Assembly (NCBI RefSeq): GCF_963921235.1
Contig: NC_086108.1
Location: 71,736,001-71,800,000, forward strand
DNA from: Mobula hypostoma
Taxonomy: Eukaryota
DNA length: 64,000 nt
Direction: 5' to 3'
The notes below the pieces were generated by a model. The model searched no databases. It was not told the DNA's origin and was given only the letters and a program-made list of their open reading frames with translations. The position numbers and the translations under genes were made by a program. This document shows positions 1 to 12,167 of this stretch, piece after piece. Positions within the stretch are counted from its first letter, which is position 1, and each line of letters starts with the position of its first letter.

Positions 1-75
1 AACACCAGATTCCCGAAGTCGACATGCATTTCTGAGCTCTATTGTGGATAGAGTTTTCCATGCAGAAGGATGTGC

Positions 76-347
76 TCAAAACCTCCTGGAAGTTGTGCAA
101 CATTCCCATGGACTCTTGGGTGTCTTTGATCCCAGTCCATTCAGAAGCGTTGAAAAAGCATTCTGCGTTGTACTTAGAACCTTAAGTCTGAACTGTGGGA
201 GGAGGACTTCAGTTTGGAATGTATCCACCTTCCTGCTTTGTTGGTATTTTCCTACCCGATGTACGGTGTCTAAAGAAGCCAATAGATTTTCAATGTTGAC
301 TATGTCAGCCACTTTGTAACCCACAAAACGTGAAGTCATCATCAATT
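76..347 (-). CDS. Candidate terminal exon of an unidentified minus-strand host gene; frame unresolved (ELMMTSRF...TTSRRF* to 76, or IDDDFTFCGLQSG* ending at 305)
   Basis: Strong minus-strand acceptor ttcttcctcctttgccttag|AATTG at 348/347; non-repeat sequence; 90-codon open frame starts right at the acceptor. Confidence 0.4.
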
Positions 348-774
348 CTAAGGCAAAGGAGGAAGAAGTATATATAAAAATATTTAAGAAATCTCAACTT
401 GAGTTAATAATTTGTGAATATATTTACACTCAATCTGAACTCTATTTTATTACAGTCTGCCCTTGGTTACAAGTTGCATGGAAACTCATTTGGCTCATGT
501 TGTAATCAAATACAATCACGCAGTGAAATTGTATTATAGGCATAGTTTGAACAAGCCAGGTAATATCGTTATGGTCCGTAAAATTCCATTGTATTATTAT
601 GTGGAAACACAACTCAGCTGTATTTCAGACGCATTGATTGTAGTTAAGATTTCATTCAGTGCCACAGTTTTTGACCCAAGACTTGTAGGGAGGTTGTTTT
701 TCCTCCCCAGCTCTGATTTGATGTCACTGTATTGCTAGATAGCACTTTGCTAGTGTCTTTAATACCGGTTTCTT

Positions 775-1190
775 AAGTTGTACTGTGAAAATTTCTACAG
801 GTGTACCGTGGAAAGCAGTCTAATTGACTGCATCACCTTCTGGTATGGAAGGGCCTCTGCAGCAGATCAGAAAAAGCCGCAGAGGGTTGTACACTCAGCC
901 AGCTGGATCCTAAGCACGAGCCTCCCTACCATTGAGGACCTCTTCAAAAGGTAATACCTCAAAAAGGCAGCATCCGTCATAGAGGGCCACCAGCACCCAG
1001 GACGTGCCCTCTTCTCATTGCTACCATTGAGGAAGTGGTACAGGAGTCTGAAGACACTTGCTGAACATATTAGGAACTGCTTCTTCCCTCTGCCATCAGA
1101 TTCTGAATGGACGATGAACCCATGTACACTACCCCACTATTTTTTCTCTCTTTTTGCATATATATACATTAAAAAATATCCTTTTCCTTT
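775..1190 (+). mobile_element. Rex1/Babar-type LINE 3' fragment, degenerate
   Basis: Translates to FYRCTVESSL...ITFWYG...LQRVV-like and RNCFFP motifs; similar to 40640-41187. Confidence 0.7.
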
Positions 1191-1204
1191 TTGTTTCCAG
1201 AAAC

Positions 1205-4200
1205 ACAGCCATGATTGGGATCTCTTCTGGGGGAAGTATGACCGGTTCACAAAGGACAGGTTACACCTGAGCCCGAAGGGGACCAATATCCTGGCAGGAA
1301 AGTTTAATAGAGCTGTTAGGGAGGGTTTAAACTAATTTGGCAGGGAGATGGGAACCAGAATGACAGAGCGGAGGAAGGGGAAAACAGAAATAAATCTAAG
1401 ATAGTGAGCAGTAAAGATGTCAGGAAAGACAGGCAGGTGATGGGGCAAATTTGTAGCCATTGGGATGAGTTGCAGTGCAATAAAGTTGCAGTGAAATCAA
1501 AGCAAAAAGTATCAAATACTGGTCTTAAGGTGTTGTACTTAAATGCACGCAGCATGAGGAATAAGGTGGATGATCTTGTTGTACAGCTACAGATTGGCAG
1601 GTATGATATTGTGGCCATCACTGAGACCTGGCTAAAGGATGCATGTCTCTGGGAGCTGAAAGTCCAAGAACACACAGTGTATCGGAAGGATAGGAAGGTA
1701 GGCAGAGGGGGAGGCATGGCTTTATTGGTAAGAAATGATATTAAATCATTAGAAAAAGGTGATGTAGGATCGGAAGGTGCAGAATCTTTATGGGTTGAGC
1801 TAAGAAATCACAGGGGTAAAAGGACCCTGATGGCAGTTATTTATAGGCCTCCAAACAGCTGCAGGGATGTGGACTACAAATTACAACTGGAAATAGAAAA
1901 GGCTTGTCAGAAGGGCAGTGTAATGATAATTGGGGAATTTAACATGCGAGTGGATTGGGAAAATCAGGTCGGCACTGGATCTCAAGAGAGAGAGAGTTTG
2001 TAGAATGTCTGTGAGATGGCTTTTTAGAACAGCTTGTTGTTGAGCCCACTAGGGGATCGGCTGTACTAGATTGGGTATTGCGTAATGAACCGGAGGTGAT
2101 TGGAGAGATTGAGGTGAAGGAACCCTTAGGCGGCAGTGATCATAACATAGAAACATAGAAACATAGAAAATAGGTGCAGGAGTAGGCCATTCGGCCCTTC
2201 GAGCCTGCACCGCCATTTATTATGATCATGGCTGATCATCCAACTCAGAACCCCGCCCCAGCCTTCCCTCCATACCCCCTGACCCCTGTAGCCACAAGGG
2301 CCATATCTAACTCCCTCTTAAACATAGCCAATGAACTGGCCTCAACAGTTTGCTGTGGCAGAGAATTCCACAGATTCACCACTCTCTGTGTGAAGAAGTT
2401 TTTCCTAATCTCGGTCCTAAAAGGCTTCCCCTCTATCCTCAAACTGTGACCCCTCGTTCTGGACCTCCCCAACATCGGGAACAATCTTCCCGCATCTAGC
2501 CTGTCCAATCCCTTTAGGATCTTATACGTTTCAATCAGATCCCCCCTCAATCTTCTAAATTCCAACGAGTACAAGCCCAGTTCATCCAGTCTTTCTTCAT
2601 ATGAAAGACCTGCCATCCCAGGAATCAATCTGGTGAACTTTCTTTGTACTCCCTCTATGGCAAAGATGTCTTTCCTCAGATTAGGAGACCAAAACTGCAC
2701 ACAATACTCCAGGTGTGGTCTCACCAAGGCCTTGTACAACTGCAGTAGTACCTCCCTGCTCCTGTACTCGAATCCTCTCGCTATAAATGCCAGCATACCG
2801 TTCGCCTTTTTCACCGCCTGCTGTACCTGCATGCCCACTTTCAATGACTAGTGTATAATGACACCCAGGTCTCGTTGCACCTCCCCTTTTCCTAATCGGC
2901 CACCATTCAGATAATAATCTGTTTTCCTATTTTTGCCACCAAAGTGGATAACTTCACATTTACCCACATTAAATTGCATCTGCCATGAGTTTGCCCACTC
3001 ACCCAACCTATCCAAGTCACCCTGCATCCTCTTAGCATCCTCCTCACTGCTAACACTGCCACCCAGCTTCGTGTCATCCGCAAACTTGGAGATGCTGCAT
3101 TTAATTCCCTCATCCAATTCATTAATATATATTGTAAACAACTGGGGTCCCAGCACTGAGCCTTGCGGTACCCCACTAGTCACTGCCTGCCATTCTGAAG
3201 AGGTCCCGTTTATTCCCACTCTTTGCTTCCTGTCTGCCAACCAATTCTCTATCCACATCAATACCTTACCCCCAATACCGTGTGCTTTAAGTTTGCACAC
3301 TAATCTCCTGTGTGGGACCTTGTCAAAAGCCTTTTGAAAATCCAAATATACCACATCCACTGGTTCTCCCCTATCCACTCTACTAGTTACATCCTCAAAA
3401 AATTCTATGAGATTCGTCAGACATGATTTTCCTTTCACAAATCCATGCTGACTTTGTCCGATCATTTCACCGCTTTCCAAATGTGCTGTTATCACATCCT
3501 TGATAACTGACTCCAGCAGTTTCCCCACCACCGACGTTAGGCTAACCGGCCTATAATTCCCCGGTTTCTCTCTCCCTCCTTTTTTAAAAAGTGGGGTTAC
3601 ATTAACCACCCTCCAATCCTCAGGAACTAGTCCAGAATCTAACGAGTTTTGAAAAATTATTACTAATGCATCCACTATTTCTTGGGCTACTTCCTTAAGC
3701 ACTCTGGGATGCAGACCATCTGGCCCTGGGGATTTATCTGCCTTCAATCCCTTCAATTTACCTAACACCACTTCCCTACTAACATGTATTTCACTCAGTT
3801 CCTCCATCTCACTGGACCCTCTGTCCCTTACTATTTCTGGAAGATTATTTATGTCCTCCTTAGTGAAGACAGAACCAAAGTAATTATTCAATTGGTCTGC
3901 CATGTCCTTGCTCCCCATAATCAATTCACCTGTTTCTGTCTGCAGGGGACCTACATTTGTCTTTATCAGTCTTTTCCTTTTTACATATCTATAAAAGCTT
4001 TTACAGTCCGTTTTTATGTTCTCTGCCAGTTTTCTCTCATAATCTTTTTTCCCCTTCCTAATTAAGCCCTTTGTCCTCCTCTGCTGAACTCTGAATTTCT
4101 CCCAGTCCTCAGGTGAGCCACTTTCTCTGGCTAATTTGTATGCTACTTCTTTGGAATTGATACTATCCCTAATTTCTCTTGTCAGCCACGGGTGCACTAC

Positions 4201-6445
4201 ATGATTGAGTTCACTGTGGAATTTGAAAAAGAGAAGCCGAAATCTGATGTGTCGATATTTCAGTGGAGTAAAGGAAATTACAGTGGCATGAGAGAGGAAC
4301 TGGCCAAAGCTGACTGGAAAGGGACACTGGCGGGAAAGACAGCAGAGCAGCAGTGGCTGGAGTTTATGTAAGAAGTGAGGAAGGTGCAAGACAGATATAT
4401 TCCAAAAAAGAAGAAATTTTCAAGCGGAAAAAGGATGCAACCATGGTTGACAAGAGAAGTCAAAGCCAAAGTTAAAGCAAAGGAGAGGGCATACAAGGAA
4501 GCAAAAATTAGTGGGAAGACAGAGGATTGGGAAGTCTTTAAAACCTTACAAAAGGAAACCAAGAAGGTCATTAAGAGGGAAAAGATTAACTATGAAAGGA
4601 AGCTAGCAAATAATATCAAAGAGGATACTAAAAGCTTTTTCAAGTATATAAGGAGTAAAAGACAGGGGAGAGTAGATATAGGATCGATAGAAAATGATGC
4701 TGGAGAAATTGTAATGGGAGATTAGGAGATGGCAGAGGAACTGAACGAGTATTTTGCATCAGTCTTCACTGAGGAAGACATCAGCAGTATACCGGACACT
4801 CAAGGGTGGCAGAGAAGAGAAGTGTGCGTAATCACAATTACGACAGAAAACGTACTCAGGAAGCTGAATAGTCTAAGGTAGATGAATCTCCCGGACCAGA
4901 TGGAATGCACCCGCGTGTTCTGAAGGAAGTAGCTGTGGAGATTGCAGAGGCATTAGCGATGATCTTTTAAAAGTCGATAGGTGCTGGCATGGTTCCGGAG
5001 GACTGGAAGATTGCAAATGTCACTCCGCTATTTAAGAAGGGGGCAAGGAAGCAAAAAGGAAATTATAGACCTGTTAGCTTGACATCGGTGGTTGGGAAGT
5101 TGTTGGAGTTGATTGTCAAGGATGGGGTTACAGAGTACCTGGAGGCATATGAGAAGATTCCTTAAAGGAAAATCCTGCCTGACAAACCTATTACAATTTT
5201 TTGAAGAAATTACCAGTAGGCTAGATAAGGGAGATGCAGTGGATGTTGTATATTTGGATTTTCAGAAGGCCTTTGACAAAGTGCCACACATGAAGCTACT
5301 TAACAAGATAAGAGCCCATGGAATTACGGGAAAGTTACATACGTGGATAGAGCGTTGGCTGATTGGCAAGAAACAGAGAGCGGGAATAAAGGGATCCTAT
5401 TCTGGTTGGCTGCCGGTTACCAGTGGTGTTCCACAGGGGTCCGCGTTGAGGCCGCTTCTTTTTACATTGTACATCAACGATTTGGATTATGGAATAGATG
5501 GCTTTGTGGCTAAGTTTGCTGACAATACGAAGATAGGTGGAGGGGCCGGTAGTGCTGAGGAAACGGAGAGTCTGCAGAGAGACTTGGATAGATTGGAAGA
5601 ATGGGCAGAGAAGTGGCAAATGAAGTACAATGTTGGAAAGTGTATGGTTATGCACTTTGGCTGAAAAAATAAATGGGCAGATTATTATTTAAATGGGGAA
5701 AGAATTCAAAATTCGGAGATGCAACGGGACTTGGAAGTCCTTGTACAGGATACCCTTAAAGTTAACCTTCAGGTTGAGTCAGTAGTGAAGAAGGCAAATG
5801 CAATGTTGGCATCCATTTCTAGAGGAATAGAGTATAGGAGCAGGGATATGATGTTGAGGCTCTATAAGGCACTGGTGAGACTTCACTTGGAGTACTGTGG
5901 GTAGTTTTGGTCTCCTTATTTAAGAAAGGATGTGCTGACGTTGGAGAGGGTACAGAGAAGATTCACTAGAATGATTCTGGCAATGAGAGGGTTAACATAT
6001 GAGGAACGTTTGTCCGCTCTTGGACTGTATTCGTTGGAGTTTAGAAGAATGAGGGGAGACCTCATAGAAACATTTTGAATGTTAAAAGGCATGGACAGAG
6101 TGGATGTGGCAAAGTTGTTTCCCATGATGGGGGAGTCTAGTATGAGAGGGCATGACTTAAGGATTGAAAGGCGCCCATTCAGAACAGAAATGCGAAGAAA
6201 TTTTTTTAGTCAGAGAGTGGTGAATCTATGGAATTTGTTGCCACGGGCAGCAGCGGAGGCCAAGTCATTGGGTGTATTTAAGGCAGAGATTGATAGGTAT
6301 CTGAGTAGCCAGGGCATCAAAGGTTATGGTGAGAAGGCGGGGGAGTGGGACTAAATGGGAGAATGGATCAGCTCATGATAAAATGGCGGAGCAGACTCGA
6401 TGGGCCGAATGGCCGACTTCTGCTCCTTTGTCTTATGGTCTTATG
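1205..6445 (+). mobile_element. CR1 LINE (ORF1 C-terminus, ORF2 endonuclease-RT, 3' tail), decayed; split by an antisense CR1 at 2145-4198
   Basis: ORF1 esterase end DRLHLSPKGTNILA; APE motifs YLNARS, ITETWL, IYRPP; RT motifs DFQKAFDKVPH, GVPQGS, FAD; tail ttatggtcttatg; SDHN|MIEF frame resumes across the insertion. Confidence 0.95.
2145..4198 (-). mobile_element. Young 5'-truncated CR1 LINE nested antisense in another CR1
   Basis: ORFs 2848-4389 and 2245-2844 are in one frame separated by a single stop; full RT (QHGF, DFQKAFD, GVPQGSVLGP, FADD); (CTATGTTT)n tail at 2145-2170. Confidence 0.97.
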
Positions 6446-6621
6446 ATTTCTTGCAGTCCCACCTTGATTGCTACCTAAAGAAATTATTTGATAAACATTC
6501 TGCAAAGGATTCAGTCAATAAACTCAGTTTAAATTTGACATACTATACCCAATTTTAACAAAAGGTGTCCTAGTTAAATAGCACCCAAGCCTCCATGTTT
6601 ACAAAACCTTATTAAATGTTT

Positions 6622-6690
6622 AAACAACACACATCAAAGTTGCTGGTGAATGCAGCAGGCCAGGCAGCATCTCTAGGAAGAGGTACAGTC
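6622..6690 (-). mobile_element. Fragment of young PLE terminal repeat
   Basis: caacacacatcaaagttgctggtgaatgcagcaggccaggcagcatctctaggaagaggtacagtc is near-identical to the arms at 12036-12101 and 20365-20430. Confidence 0.85.
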
Positions 6691-7806
6691 TGTGATATTA
6701 ACCTTCTTTTCTCATAGTGATGCAATAATTTATCACTGACTAAACCCTCGAATTTAACCAATTAAAGTACACAAAATATTTGTTATTTAAAACAAAGCTG
6801 GATATAAGCTGCAGGAACTAGCAGATTCTGAAAGCTTTTGTGCCTCCATACTAGTTTTAAGTTGTAGATATGTAACAGAAACAAAACAAAAAGATGTTAT
6901 ATTGATCACCTGATATCTCAACTAGTTAATATAATGAGCATGTTCAGCCACACTGAAAGGAAAGTCCAAGATTATGTCTGTAAATGTTACATTTGTTTTA
7001 TTTCAGCCTGAGAGGCTGCAAGGAAGTAAAACTGGCGTAAGGAATTCTTCTCAAATAAACCGCTTTCCTTCCTCATAGCTGTTAGGCAATTTACTGGAAC
7101 ACAGACTTGGATTAAGATATAACTGGGTATGTTTATAATAACAGAGCTCATGAACTTGCGTTCCTTTTGAGCCGTGCTTCCCACTGCTGGTTGTTGGGTT
7201 TATCTCATCCCAATGATGCATTGCAAATGTTCAGAAAGTGATGAATTTCCCATGCCTAAATATTAGTTCATGGTGTTTGGCTGTGATCTGGGATTAACCA
7301 CTGAAAGGCACATCATGACTAATTGTGACATGATTTCCTTTACCTGATTTGGCATATGTAACTGAACAATGGCAGGGATTAATCCAGGACTGTGCTCTAG
7401 TACTTGGTACTTTTAAATTAGCAGTGAGCATTTATCTATGGAACTCTTGTCTGGTAAACTGTATTCTGGCTCCTTGTTCATACATTAAACTATTAAAAAA
7501 AATATAGTCAAGGCCACTTAAGATGATAGTGCTGTGAGATTAATCTTAAATTAGCAACTATCATAAGCTTAATCATTCTAACAATTGTTGTGGCTGCAGA
7601 TTCATTGTATCTCCTGTTCACTCGTCAATTTCATCGACTTCACTTCAAAGTTCCACCAAGCCCTCAAATTCACTTCCTTTATCTCAGACACTTCTCTCCC
7701 CTTTCTCGATGTCTCGGTCTCCATCTCTGGAGACAGACTGTCCACTGACATCTTCTACAAGCTCACTGACTCTCATAACTACCTCAACAATACCTCTTCC
7801 CACCCC

Positions 7807-8005
7807 AAACAACAGGAATTCTGCAGATGCTGGAAATTCAAGCAACACACATAAAAGTTGCCCAGGCAGCATCTCTAGGAAGAGGTGCAGTTGATGTTTC
7901 AGGCTGAGACCTGACGAAGGGTCTCGGCCTGAAACGTCGACTGCACCTCTTCCTAGAGATGCTGCCTGGCCTGCTGCGTTCACCAGCAACTTTTATGTGT
8001 GTTGC
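7807..8005 (-). mobile_element. Short inverted-repeat PLE terminal-repeat insertion with 14-bp TSD
   Basis: TSD cctcttcccacccc at 7793-7806 and 8006-8019; tail at left; inverted arms; hammerhead core at 7911-7943 (+). Confidence 0.92.
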
Positions 8006-9040
8006 CCTCTTCCCACCCCGCCACATGCAAAAATGCTATTCCCTATTCCCAGTTCCTCCGTCTCCGCCACATCTGCTCCGAGGATGAGGCTTTCCATTCC
8101 AGGACATCTCAAATGTCCTCTTTCTTTAAGGATCGTGGTTTCCCTTCTACCATCATCAATGATGCCCTCACCCGCATCTCCTCCATTTCCCACACTTCGG
8201 CCCTCACCCCATCCTCCCGCCACCACCACAGGGACAGGGTTCCCCTTGTCCTTACCTACCACTCCACCAGCCTCCGGATCCAGCACATTATCCTCCGCAA
8301 CTTCCGCCACCTTCAACAGGACCTCACCACTAAGCACATCTTTCCCTCTCCGCTATCTGCAGGGATCGGTCCCTCTGCGATTCCCTTATCTGCACGTCCA
8401 TCCCCACGGATCTCCCACTTGGCACTTAACCCTGTAAGCATAAGTGCTACACCTGTCCCTACACCTCATCTCTTGCAACCATTCAGGGCCCCAAACAGTC
8501 CTTCCGGGTGAGTCAACACTTCACTTGTGAGTCTGTTGGGGTCATCTATTGCATCCGGTGCTCCTGGTGCGACCTCCTCTACATTGGTGAAACCTGACGC
8601 AGATTGGGGGACCGCTTCGTCGAGCACCTCCACTCCATCTGCCACAACAGACAGGATCTCCCCGTAGGCATCCACTTCAACTCTGCTTCCCAATCCCATT
8701 CAGATATGTCCATACGTGGCCTCCTCTACTGCCATGATGAGGCTAAACTCAGGTTGGAGGAGCAACACCTCATATACTGTCTAGGTAGTCTCCAGCCCCT
8801 TGGTATGAACATAGAATTCTCCAACTTCCAGTAATTCCCTCCCCCTCCCTTCCTCTATCCCTATTTCATTCTGTCCCCTCCCCCAGCTCCCTCATGGTTC
8901 CGCCTCCTTCTTCTACCACCCATTGTTTTCAGGGCTATGACATCAATGCTTCCCCTCCCCCACCCTTTGTCTTTCAAATTACTGGTCTTTCAACTGAAGC
9001 TACAAGCATTCTACAAATCCTTCCCCATCTTTCATTCTTC

Positions 9041-9076
9041 AGTCCTGACGAAGGGTTCCGGCCCGAAACGTCGACT
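9041..9076 (+). ncRNA. Minimal type-I hammerhead ribozyme motif in PLE 3' repeat
   Basis: agtc-CTGACGA-a-ggg-ttccgg-ccc-GAAA-cg-TC^-gact; stems I and II pair; palindromic ACGT stem III. Confidence 0.85.
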
Positions 9077-9231
9077 CATCGTTTCTAACTGATGCTGCCC
9101 GACCTGCTGAGTTCATCCAGCATACTGAAAGTGTTACACTGATTGGAACGTTGTTGATGAGGAAGCCACTGTTTAGTGCATGAGGACCAGGTGTTGAAAT
9201 TGTGACATTCAATATAATATCTGTCGCAAAT

Positions 9232-9441
9232 AAAACAAACTGCTGGAGGAATTCAGCAAGTCGAGCAGCATCTGTGTTGGCAACGCGATGGCTGAAGTTT
9301 CTGATTGAGACGCTGATGCAGGGTCTCGACCTGAAATATTGACCATCCCTTTGCATTTACTGATGCTGCTTCAGCTGCTGATTTCCTCTGGCCTTTTGCC
9401 TTTTTTTTTGCTCCTGATACCAGCTTCTGCACATTCTTCTG
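9232..9441 (+). mobile_element. Old inverted-repeat PLE terminal-repeat element with decayed hammerhead
   Basis: tgctggaggaattcagcaagtcgagcagcatc ... ctgatgcagggtctcgacctgaaatattgac ... gatgctgcttcagctgctgatttcctc; tail-like ccagcttctgcac. Confidence 0.7.
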
Positions 9442-9499
9442 TATGAAATAATGTCTGTCTCCTTTGAAATAGCAAAGTGATGGCACATAATTTCTCCCC

Positions 9500-9706
9500 A
9501 GCATGGTGTTTAGCATAAGGCTGTTACAGTTCAATTCCGCCGCCATCTGTAAGGAGTTTACACATTCTCTCTGTGCCTGCATGGGTCTCCTCCCACTTCC
9601 AAGAGAGGTACAGATTAGTGGGTTAATGGATGAGTGTATGGATAAAAGTGGGTGGCACCAGAAGGGCACGTTACTGTGTTTTTTCTCTAAAATCTAAAAT
9701 CTAAAT
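9500..9706 (+). mobile_element. Degenerate tRNA-derived V-domain (HE1-like) SINE
   Basis: B-box-like gttcaattcc; V-domain-like tctgtaaggagttt..attctc...tgcatggg; short-repeat tail ctaaaatctaaaatctaaat. Confidence 0.6.
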
Positions 9707-9846
9707 CAATCCTCATTATTCTGCAAATATTTTATAGAAATTCATTTTCTGTAGAAACAAGAACCTATTCTTTTTTCCATAATCCTTTTTAAATTTAGTT
9801 CATTCTGCTGGATTGTTGCACTTGATGGTTTTGCATATATTGCTAA

Positions 9847-9981
9847 CTAGCAATAAAACTGTTGTGTGGGCTTGGATTCTTTGTAGGATGGTGACTTTAC
9901 AGAGGTGTCTTGGGAATGGCTTATTAGAAATTCTCTCCATCTCCTTTGGCTCCTGCAATTCATCTTCTCCTCCTCCAGAAC
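9847..9981 (-). CDS. Candidate host coding exon VLEEEKMNCRSQRRWREFLISHSQDTS...; gene not identified, 3' boundary uncertain
   Basis: Strong acceptor ttctttttgcccctgtgtttgcag|GTTCTG; purine-rich, protein-like phase-0 frame; non-repeat sequence. Confidence 0.5.
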   Translation of the reverse strand, partial: VLEEEKMNCRSQRRWREFLISHSQDTSVKSPSYKESKPTQQFYC

Positions 9982-10484
9982 CTGCAAACACAGGGGCAAA
10001 AAGAACAGCTTTGTTGTATCTGCATAGTAATGAACTATCCTTGGGTATACAAAGGATAATTGACTGAAGGTGTAAGATCCAACTTTAGGTAACTCTTGAA
10101 AATGAAATCTTGTTACTTTTGTTCCAAATTTTCCACCTTGAGATCTATTCTGCCTTGGAAAATGGACAGATTATTCATAACTGGTAGTTGTGTTCAACAG
10201 CTTCCAAAAAGTATTTTATTAAATTGGGCACATGAAACAAAAGAGAAGTAGGACTAGGTCATACAGCTCTTTGAGCCAGCTCTACTGTCTAATTAGATCA
10301 TCAAGACTATTTTCCCTCCTGCTTCCATGCCCTTTGATTTGCTTAGAGTTGAGGTTGGGGAACTGGACACACATGCACAATTCATTTTAATTTTTTGAAC
10401 GAAGATCATTTACCAAGGCTATTAATCCAACCCACACTTTGGTATCTGAGTCATCTCCTCCCAAATTTCCCAACAACAGAGAGC

Positions 10485-11047
10485 TGAAAGGGTTCTTCCA
10501 GATGAGGCACCACTTCACGTAAACCTTTTGGAGTTCTCTATTATATCTGATGCGCCCGATGCGGCCTCCTCCGCATTGGGGATCATTTTGTCAAGTACCT
10601 CCGCTCTATCTGCCAAAAGCGGAATTTAGTGGAGGAGCAACACCTCACATACTGTCTAGGTAGCCTTCAATCTGATGGCATGAACATTGATTTCTCCTTC
10701 CTGCGATCTTTCTCCCCCTTCTTTCCTCTTCTATTTCTCTGTCTGGTCTTTGATCTCTTCTTTTCACCTGTACATCACCTCCCCCTGGTGCCCCTCCTTC
10801 TTCCCTTTCTCCTATGGTCTACTCTCCTATCAAATTCCTCATTCTCCAGCCTTCCGCCTCTGTCTACTTGGCTTCACCTATAACCTTCCAGCTAGCCCCC
10901 TTCCCCTCCGACTACCTTTTTATTCTGGCATCTTCCCCCTTCCTTCTCAGTCCTGAAGAAGGATCTCAGCCCAAAACATCAGCTGATTATTCATTTCCAT
11001 AGATGCTGCCTGACCTGCTTAGTCCCGCCACCATTTTGTGTGTCTTG
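10485..11047 (+). mobile_element. PLE 3' fragment (GIY-YIG end, pyrimidine-rich UTR, decayed hammerhead at 10948-10985)
   Basis: EEQHLTYCLGSLQSDGMNIDFS; cagtcctgaagaaggatctcagcccaaaacatc. Confidence 0.85.
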
Positions 11048-11334
11048 CATTAAAATGAGCAGGTTTATCTTCCAAGAAATTTGACTGAATCTTCTCCATT
11101 GCAGCTGGTTTTAATAAAAGCAAATGTTAAATCGTATTTACATTTAAAAAAAATTAACAATACATGCTTATGCTGTGTGAAAGACTTGTCATTGGCACAA
11201 AGAGTGAAAAAGGGTTTAGGAATATGATCACGTGCTATACGAGTAAGTAAGGCCAATTGAAAATGTGAGAACATGAGATTGTACATTAGAGAAAGTTACA
11301 CTAACATTTCATTTATTTCTGGAGAGACTATGCT

Positions 11335-11736
11335 TCTCCGTGGTTTGTCACCCTGTCGTGGTGGAGAAGCTTGTGTGGTCCTGAGATCCCAAGAGCAATG
11401 TCGTCTGGAGCTATGCTCCTGGTAGGGTCACCCATGGCGGTACGGTCGAGGGTGAGGTCCCTGACCAAGAACAATCCAACCAAGACCTCAACGGTGGAAC
11501 AGGCGGACGAAGTTACTTCGAACTCAATGGCTGTGAAGGCAGATGAAGGCTGCAACAAATCCATCAGCTCCAATCGTCGTGGTTTCCATGCCATTGGAAT
11601 CAGTTGGTTGATCTGTGAAGTATCGTGTGCTGCTTGGAGTGCAACATCAAGTACACGTTAAACAAATACACACACTTCTTCGGTCTGTACGGAACGAAGA
11701 CCATCATCCTCGACCTCGAGGGATAGCCACGACGAC
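11335..11736 (+). mobile_element. Non-autonomous RTE-derived element (Expander/BovB-like 5' end)
   Basis: caccctgtcgtggtggag...gctatgctcctggtagggtcacccatggc resembles RTE 5' ends as I recall them; (GAC)n-like end; no RT ORF. Confidence 0.6.
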
Positions 11737-11998
11737 ACTTTGATGTACAGTAGGTGTTTGATTTACAATCTGAAGTAATAGAGTTCTGCCCATGTCAACA
11801 GAATTTCTAAATAAATAAAGAGCCTGGTCATTTTGAGGCCTTAGATGAAAAATACTTTACAACAGAGCAAAGAAGAAAAATTTAGTGATGTTGTATATTT
11901 CAGTGCTCATTAGCATTTAAAATATAATTTAAGTATTTTGACTGTTTTGGTATTAAAGATGATGTAAGAGGAAAGAGATCTGTGAAAGTCTTACCCTG

Positions 11999-12167
11999 CA
12001 AACAACAGGAATTCTGCAGATGCTGGAAATTCAAGCAACACACATCAAAGTTGCTGGTGAACCCAGCAGGCCAGGCAGCATCTCTAGGAAGAGGTACAGT
12101 CGACATAACACACATCAAAGTTGCTGGTGAACGCAGCAGGCCAAGCAGCAACTTTGATGTGTGTTGC
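11999..12167 (-). mobile_element. Short rearranged PLE terminal-repeat insertion with 13-bp TSD
   Basis: TSD aagtcttaccctg at 11986-11998 and 12168-12180; tail, arm, tandem partial arm, short inverted arm; sits in a minus-strand CR1 relic. Confidence 0.9.

Larger units (their letters stand above)
7605..9130 (+). mobile_element. Penelope-like element, 5'-truncated (RT C-terminus, GIY-YIG endonuclease, 3' repeat with hammerhead); probably Neptune-like
   Basis: LPFLDV, DIFYK.TDSH.YL...SSHP, CKNAIPYSQFLRLR.ICS; Cys-rich linker; VIYCIRC..C.LLYIGET...DRFVEHL; LGSLQPLGMNIEF. Confidence 0.92.

Noticed and set aside
2848..4389. 513-aa ORF as an intact or domesticated RT gene
   Set aside because: Chimeric: the first ~63 aa are antisense read-through of the host CR1; the rest is a truncated CR1 ORF2
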